Assembly: GCA_034435875.1 (NCBI GenBank)
Contig: DAOTWL010000188.1
Coordinates: 1 to 42,855 of the forward strand
DNA: 42,855 bases
Reading direction: 5' to 3'
Source of the DNA: Anaerolineae bacterium
GTDB lineage: Bacteria > Chloroflexota > Anaerolineae > B4-G1 > DUEL01
Shown piece after piece: positions 39,474-42,855 of this stretch (position 1 is the first letter of the stretch; each line of letters begins with the position of its first letter). The position numbers and the translations under genes are program-made. The notes beneath the pieces were generated by a model. It was not told the DNA's origin. It did not search any database and saw nothing but the letters and a program-made list of their open reading frames with translations.

Positions 39474-40340
39474 TCATGCGTACGTCACTGTCCCGCCCCG
39501 GACTTCCATCCGTACCCGGCGGCACGCCCAGCACATGTAGGCGACGGTGACGAAGTAGCAGGCGGGCAGCCGGTGGGCCGCGCCGATTTTGACGCCGAAG
39601 ATGGTGGTCTTCCCACCGAAGCCCATCGGGCCCACCCCCAGTTCGTTGCACTCCCGCAGCAATCGCTCCTCCAGCGCGGCCAGTTCCGGCACCGGGTTGA
39701 CGTCATCCAGCGGGCGGAGGAGTTGCATCTTGGCGTAGGTGTAGGCCGTCCCCCGGTCGCCCCCGATGCAGATGCCCAGGATGCCCGGGGCACATCCCTC
39801 GCCCTGGGCCCGGTGGACGGCGTCCAGCACGACCCGCCGGACCCCCTCCAGGTCCCGGCCGGCCTTCAGGGGCTCGTAGGGGAGGCTGTACTGGATGCTG
39901 ACGTTTTCGCTGCCGCCTCCTTTGAGGAGCAAGGCGACTTCCAGGGCATCGCTCTCCCATTCCTCCATGTGGAAAACAGGGAAGCCGATGCCCAGATTGT
40001 TGCCGCTGTTGCGCCCGGTGAGGGAATCCACGGCGTTGGGGCGCAGGTAGGCCCAGCGGGTGGCCTCTGCCACGGCCGCTTCCGCCTGGGCGCGCAGTTG
40101 CCCGGCGCTCATCCCGGCCGGATAGCGGATGTGGAAGATGGGGGTGCCGGTATCCTGGCAGATGGGCTGGGAACGGGCGCGCGCCAGGGCGACGTTCTCC
40201 AGGATGGCCGTCAGCGTGCTGGCGGCGGCGGAACCCGCTTCCTCCCGGTCGCGGGCGGCCTGCAGCGCGGCCTCCACGTCGGCGGGCAGGTCGGTGGAGG
40301 CCTTTCGGATCAATTCTACCAGAGGTTCGGTCAGGTCCAT
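39474..40340 (-). CDS. Fe-S type (class I) fumarate/tartrate hydro-lyase, alpha subunit
   Basis: ARARSQPICQDTGTPIFHIRYP...LRPNAVDSLTGRNSGNN...LLLKGGGSEN is the canonical N-terminal catalytic domain. Confidence 0.88.
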   Translation of the reverse strand: MDLTEPLVELIRKASTDLPADVEAALQAARDREEAGSAAASTLTAILENVALARARSQPICQDTGTPIFHIRYPAGMSAGQLRAQAEAAVAEATRWAYLRPNAVDSLTGRNSGNNLGIGFPVFHMEEWESDALEVALLLKGGGSENVSIQYSLPYEPLKAGRDLEGVRRVVLDAVHRAQGEGCAPGILGICIGGDRGTAYTYAKMQLLRPLDDVNPVPELAALEERLLRECNELGVGPMGFGGKTTIFGVKIGAAHRLPACYFVTVAYMCWACRRVRMEVRGGTVTYA

Positions 40341-40380
40341 CGGGTCTTCTCCTGAATCTGGCTATCTGACACTTTTCAAA

Positions 40381-40600
40381 TAGGACGCGGAAAAACACGG
40401 ATGAACACGGCAATAAAAAAATGATTTTCCGTGCATTTCCGTGTTCTTCCGTGTGCTACAGGACGCGGAAAATGGGGATAGACGCGGGTTTTTTTTCAAA
40501 ACGCATGGCAAAAGGCATCTCACCCAAAGGCACAAAGATCACAAAGATTTATGTTGATTTTCTTTGTGCCTTTGTGTCTTGGTGTGAGAACGATGGGTAG
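40381..40600. repeat. low-complexity hairpin and oligonucleotide-repeat region
   Basis: AGGACGCGGAAAA is repeated directly at about 40381 and 40459. CACGGA.../...TCCGTG motifs occur in inverted arrays at 40394-40455. An imperfect palindrome CTCACCCAAAGGCACAAAGATCACAAAG...CTTTGTGCCTTTGTGTCTTGGTGTGAG lies at 40519-40588. Confidence 0.55.
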
Positions 40601-40709
40601 CTCCTGAATTTGTCCTGTAGCGCAGGCCACCAGGCCTGTATCCGCGGGCTGACAGCCTGCGCCCCGGCGAGCAGCCTGCGCTACAGGGAATTCCATCACT
40701 CAACTCTCA

Positions 40710-40982
40710 TCAATGAAGTGTGCTCAGCCAGCGGTCGTAAGCGGAGAGGTCGGGCCGCATCAGGCCCTTTTCCACCAGGATTCTCTCCAGCATCGCGATG
40801 CGCTGCCGGTACCGGCGCATTTCCGCGTCCAGCGCCTGGACCCGCTCCTCCAGTTGCCGCATTCGGGCTTCCATCTCCTGGAGGCGACGCTCCTGCTCCC
40901 GGAGTTTCCGCTCAACGGTCTCCATCCACTCTTCTACGGAAAAATGCTCCAGCATACTTACTCTCCTCCTGTACTCCGACAT
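40710..40982 (-). CDS. small coiled-coil hypothetical protein
   Basis: 90 aa, heptad-rich (LREQERRLQEMEARMRQLEERVQALDAEMRRYRQRIAMLE). SD GGAG upstream. High GC3. Confidence 0.5.
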   Translation of the reverse strand: MSEYRRRVSMLEHFSVEEWMETVERKLREQERRLQEMEARMRQLEERVQALDAEMRRYRQRIAMLERILVEKGLMRPDLSAYDRWLSTLH

Positions 40983-41000
40983 TTCTGCTCCGGTGAAAGG

Positions 41001-41957
41001 CTACCGTGGCTTCGGGATAGCCAGGTCGGCCGGGCCCTGCTCGGAGAGTTTGAGATGAGGGTAGGTGGCCTGGATGAGTTCGTGGATGATCTGGGCGTAC
41101 TTCACCTTTTCGCGGGCCTGCCAGGCCAGGAAATCCGGGCTGGTCCAGGGGCGGTACATCGCTCCGGCCCCGGCCGCCAGCGCCGGTCCAGGCTCAATCT
41201 TGAAGTAACAGGGTGCGCAGACCCGCGCCATCTCCGCCCCTTCGTAAAAACGATTGAAACCGCCGAAGGAGTCAGAGAGGTAAATATGCAGGTCCAGCGG
41301 GATGTCCACAGCCTGACGGATAGCGGCCAGTTGGGGCAGGGAAAGGTCGCCCAGAGGGTTAAACGTAGACGCACCCAGCATCTGGAGTACCTTTCCGCCT
41401 GCCGCCGACGCGTGCCCGGCGAAGATACTGACCTTGAAGACCACGTCCTCGGGGATGTCGCCCGTCTTCTTTAACTGGTTGACCACCCAGAGGAGCCCCT
41501 CGTCAATGCAGAGGAAGCCGCGAAAGCCGATGTCAATGCAGCGGAGCATCTCGGCGATGACGTAGGAGAGTTGGTCGGAGCCGCGATAGCGGAGGCCGGA
41601 AAGGGCGCCCTCCGGTGTCGCCAGTTGTCGCCCCACGTCCCAGCCGGAGCGGGGGCCGGGGGTGATGATGACTTCCAGTTTCGCCTCCGCCGCCATCTGG
41701 GCGAAGTCCCGCAGTTCGGCATCGTCCAGCAGCGTGGAGCCCATCACGGTGGAGATGAGCCGCTGGATGGGGACGTTGCGCTGGCGCATCTCGTCAATGA
41801 GCGCCTCCAGCACCTGAGGCCGCTCCACGCCGGAGATTTCCATCCGGTAGTGCGCGCCATCGGGGAAGCGCTTGGGGCTATCCGGCAGGTCGTAGGCATC
41901 CCGTCCGGGAATGCCGATCTTCTCCAGCATCTTCCGAACGTCGTTCAGACTGCGCAT
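41001..41957 (-). CDS. hypothetical protein (318 aa, possibly alpha/beta-barrel enzyme-like; family not recognised)
   Basis: ATG 41957 has a strong SD AAGGAGG, inside ORF 41001..41990. Composition and GC3 are coding-like. Confidence 0.7.
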   Translation of the reverse strand: MRSLNDVRKMLEKIGIPGRDAYDLPDSPKRFPDGAHYRMEISGVERPQVLEALIDEMRQRNVPIQRLISTVMGSTLLDDAELRDFAQMAAEAKLEVIITPGPRSGWDVGRQLATPEGALSGLRYRGSDQLSYVIAEMLRCIDIGFRGFLCIDEGLLWVVNQLKKTGDIPEDVVFKVSIFAGHASAAGGKVLQMLGASTFNPLGDLSLPQLAAIRQAVDIPLDLHIYLSDSFGGFNRFYEGAEMARVCAPCYFKIEPGPALAAGAGAMYRPWTSPDFLAWQAREKVKYAQIIHELIQATYPHLKLSEQGPADLAIPKPR

Positions 41958-41983
41958 GGTTCCTCCTTGGGGTGGGATTCGGG

Positions 41984-42721
41984 TTACCACATCGGGGGAA
42001 ACGCGGGCCAGGGCGAGGAGCCTCCGGCCCGAATGTCCGTCCAGGGGTACGGGGGGCCGTCCAGGCGTCCGCTCACCGTCACCGCCATTTCGTTCAATTG
42101 CATCCAGGCCGGCAGGAACAGGCTGAACGGGTAGTAGTGGGTCCGCCCGTCGTAGGCATCTATCAGGTAGAGGCCGTCGGCGTCATAGCCGACGGCGATG
42201 AAGGTGTGCTCCCACTGGACGACGATGGAGACAGTGCCGTCGGCGGCGGTCCAGGAGGCGATTTCCGGCTGGAGCATCCGGTAGGTGGCCCAGATGACGA
42301 CGGGGCGTCCGGCGGCCAGTTCTTCTTTCAGGGGCTCCAGCCCGAACCAGCGGTGGGCGCGGGCGTCCAGCCCGTACCGGCGCAGGGCGGTGGCGACGGG
42401 GCCGGCGTAGACGCCGTAGCCACCCGGGGGCAGGCTCCCCGGCGGGTCATCCACGTCGCCGACAAAGCCGGAGTGGGGGTTATCGGAGCGGGGCAGGGTG
42501 GCGAAGAAAGCCTCCTCGCTGACGGCGACCCCCCAGAACGCGGCCAGGTCCACCGCGGAGCGGGCCTCACAACTGAGCGGGCGCTCCTGCCGGTGCCCCA
42601 GCACTCCGGGGACGTAGGCGGATTCGGGGGGCCCGGGGGCCGCGTGGACGGTCAACGGCAGGAGAAAGAAGAGGGCCAGGGCCCGGCTCAGGAGTCGGTG
42701 CGCCGCCATTGCGGGGATCAA
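41984..42721 (-). CDS. secreted C39-like (YvpB/BtrH-type) cysteine peptidase domain protein
   Basis: A signal peptide LLSRALALFFLLPLTVHAAPG, QERPLSCEARSAVDL (the nucleophile Cys context) and WEHTFIAVGYD (the His context). The start is either TTG 42721 (TTGA overlap with the upstream stop) or ATG 42709. Confidence 0.65.
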   Translation of the reverse strand: MIPAMAAHRLLSRALALFFLLPLTVHAAPGPPESAYVPGVLGHRQERPLSCEARSAVDLAAFWGVAVSEEAFFATLPRSDNPHSGFVGDVDDPPGSLPPGGYGVYAGPVATALRRYGLDARAHRWFGLEPLKEELAAGRPVVIWATYRMLQPEIASWTAADGTVSIVVQWEHTFIAVGYDADGLYLIDAYDGRTHYYPFSLFLPAWMQLNEMAVTVSGRLDGPPYPWTDIRAGGSSPWPAFPPMW

Positions 42722-42855
42722 CCTCCTTTCAGCCGGGCCAGTTCGTCCCGTAATCGTTCCAGTTCCTCTTCCGCCCGGCGGCGGGCTTCCGCCTCCTCCG
42801 CCGCCCGTTGCTCCGCCTGCTGGCGGGCCCGTTCCGCCTGCTGGCGGGCCCGTTC
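42718..42855 (-). CDS. C-terminal end of a coiled-coil protein (partial; the gene starts beyond the window)
   Basis: Manual minus-strand translation gives ERARQQAERARQQAEQRAAEEAEARRRAEEELERLRDELARLKGG*, with the stop at 42718-42720. Confidence 0.4.
   Translation of the reverse strand, partial: ERARQQAERARQQAEQRAAEEAEARRRAEEELERLRDELARLKGG

Overview
42.9-kb chromosomal segment of a high-GC bacterium. By eye it is about two thirds G+C, with strong GC3 bias in the real genes. Gene content and repeat style suggest a Chloroflexota-like lineage, but that is an unverified guess. I call about 45 protein genes, mostly housekeeping or metabolic: nadC, rpsT, mnmA next to a cysteine desulfurase, an MtaD-like deaminase, thrC, adenine deaminase, two-subunit class I fumarate hydratase, CcdA, DedA, an SPFH protein, ferredoxin, an SDR, ABC transporters and an M23 peptidase. 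There is also one tRNA-Pro(GGG) with a consensus promoter and a terminator. No CRISPR array, transposase, integrase or recognisable defence operon is visible.

The unusual content is mostly non-coding.
(1) Upstream of an ABC-ATPase/GNAT/ABC-2-permease operon sits an AT-rich stretch with a near-consensus promoter, a Shine-Dalgarno-led 31-codon sORF embedded in a structured leader of about 170 nt, and an intrinsic terminator. It is a candidate precursor-peptide cassette or a novel cis-regulatory RNA.
(2) A 445-bp AT-richer intergenic region carries four perfect TTATCCACA DnaA boxes plus degenerate ones and an AT-rich tract, next to a truncated epimerase gene. It looks like an oriC or a DnaA-box cluster.
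(3) A very dense population of GC-rich palindromic MITE/REP-like elements shares CCTCACCCC...GGGGTGAGG termini, with at least 8 copies. One 105-nt copy is inserted exactly in frame inside the MtaD-like gene.
(4) Two further repeat families and several tandem heptanucleotide arrays fill the intergenic spacers and even run into coding ends.
(5) An orphan, lower-GC SPPY-type DNA methyltransferase is wedged between two stress-protein genes.
(6) Three apparent frameshifts are present, either pseudogenes or assembly indels.

The many long R/G/P-rich ORFs antisense to real genes are high-GC shadow ORFs and were rejected.
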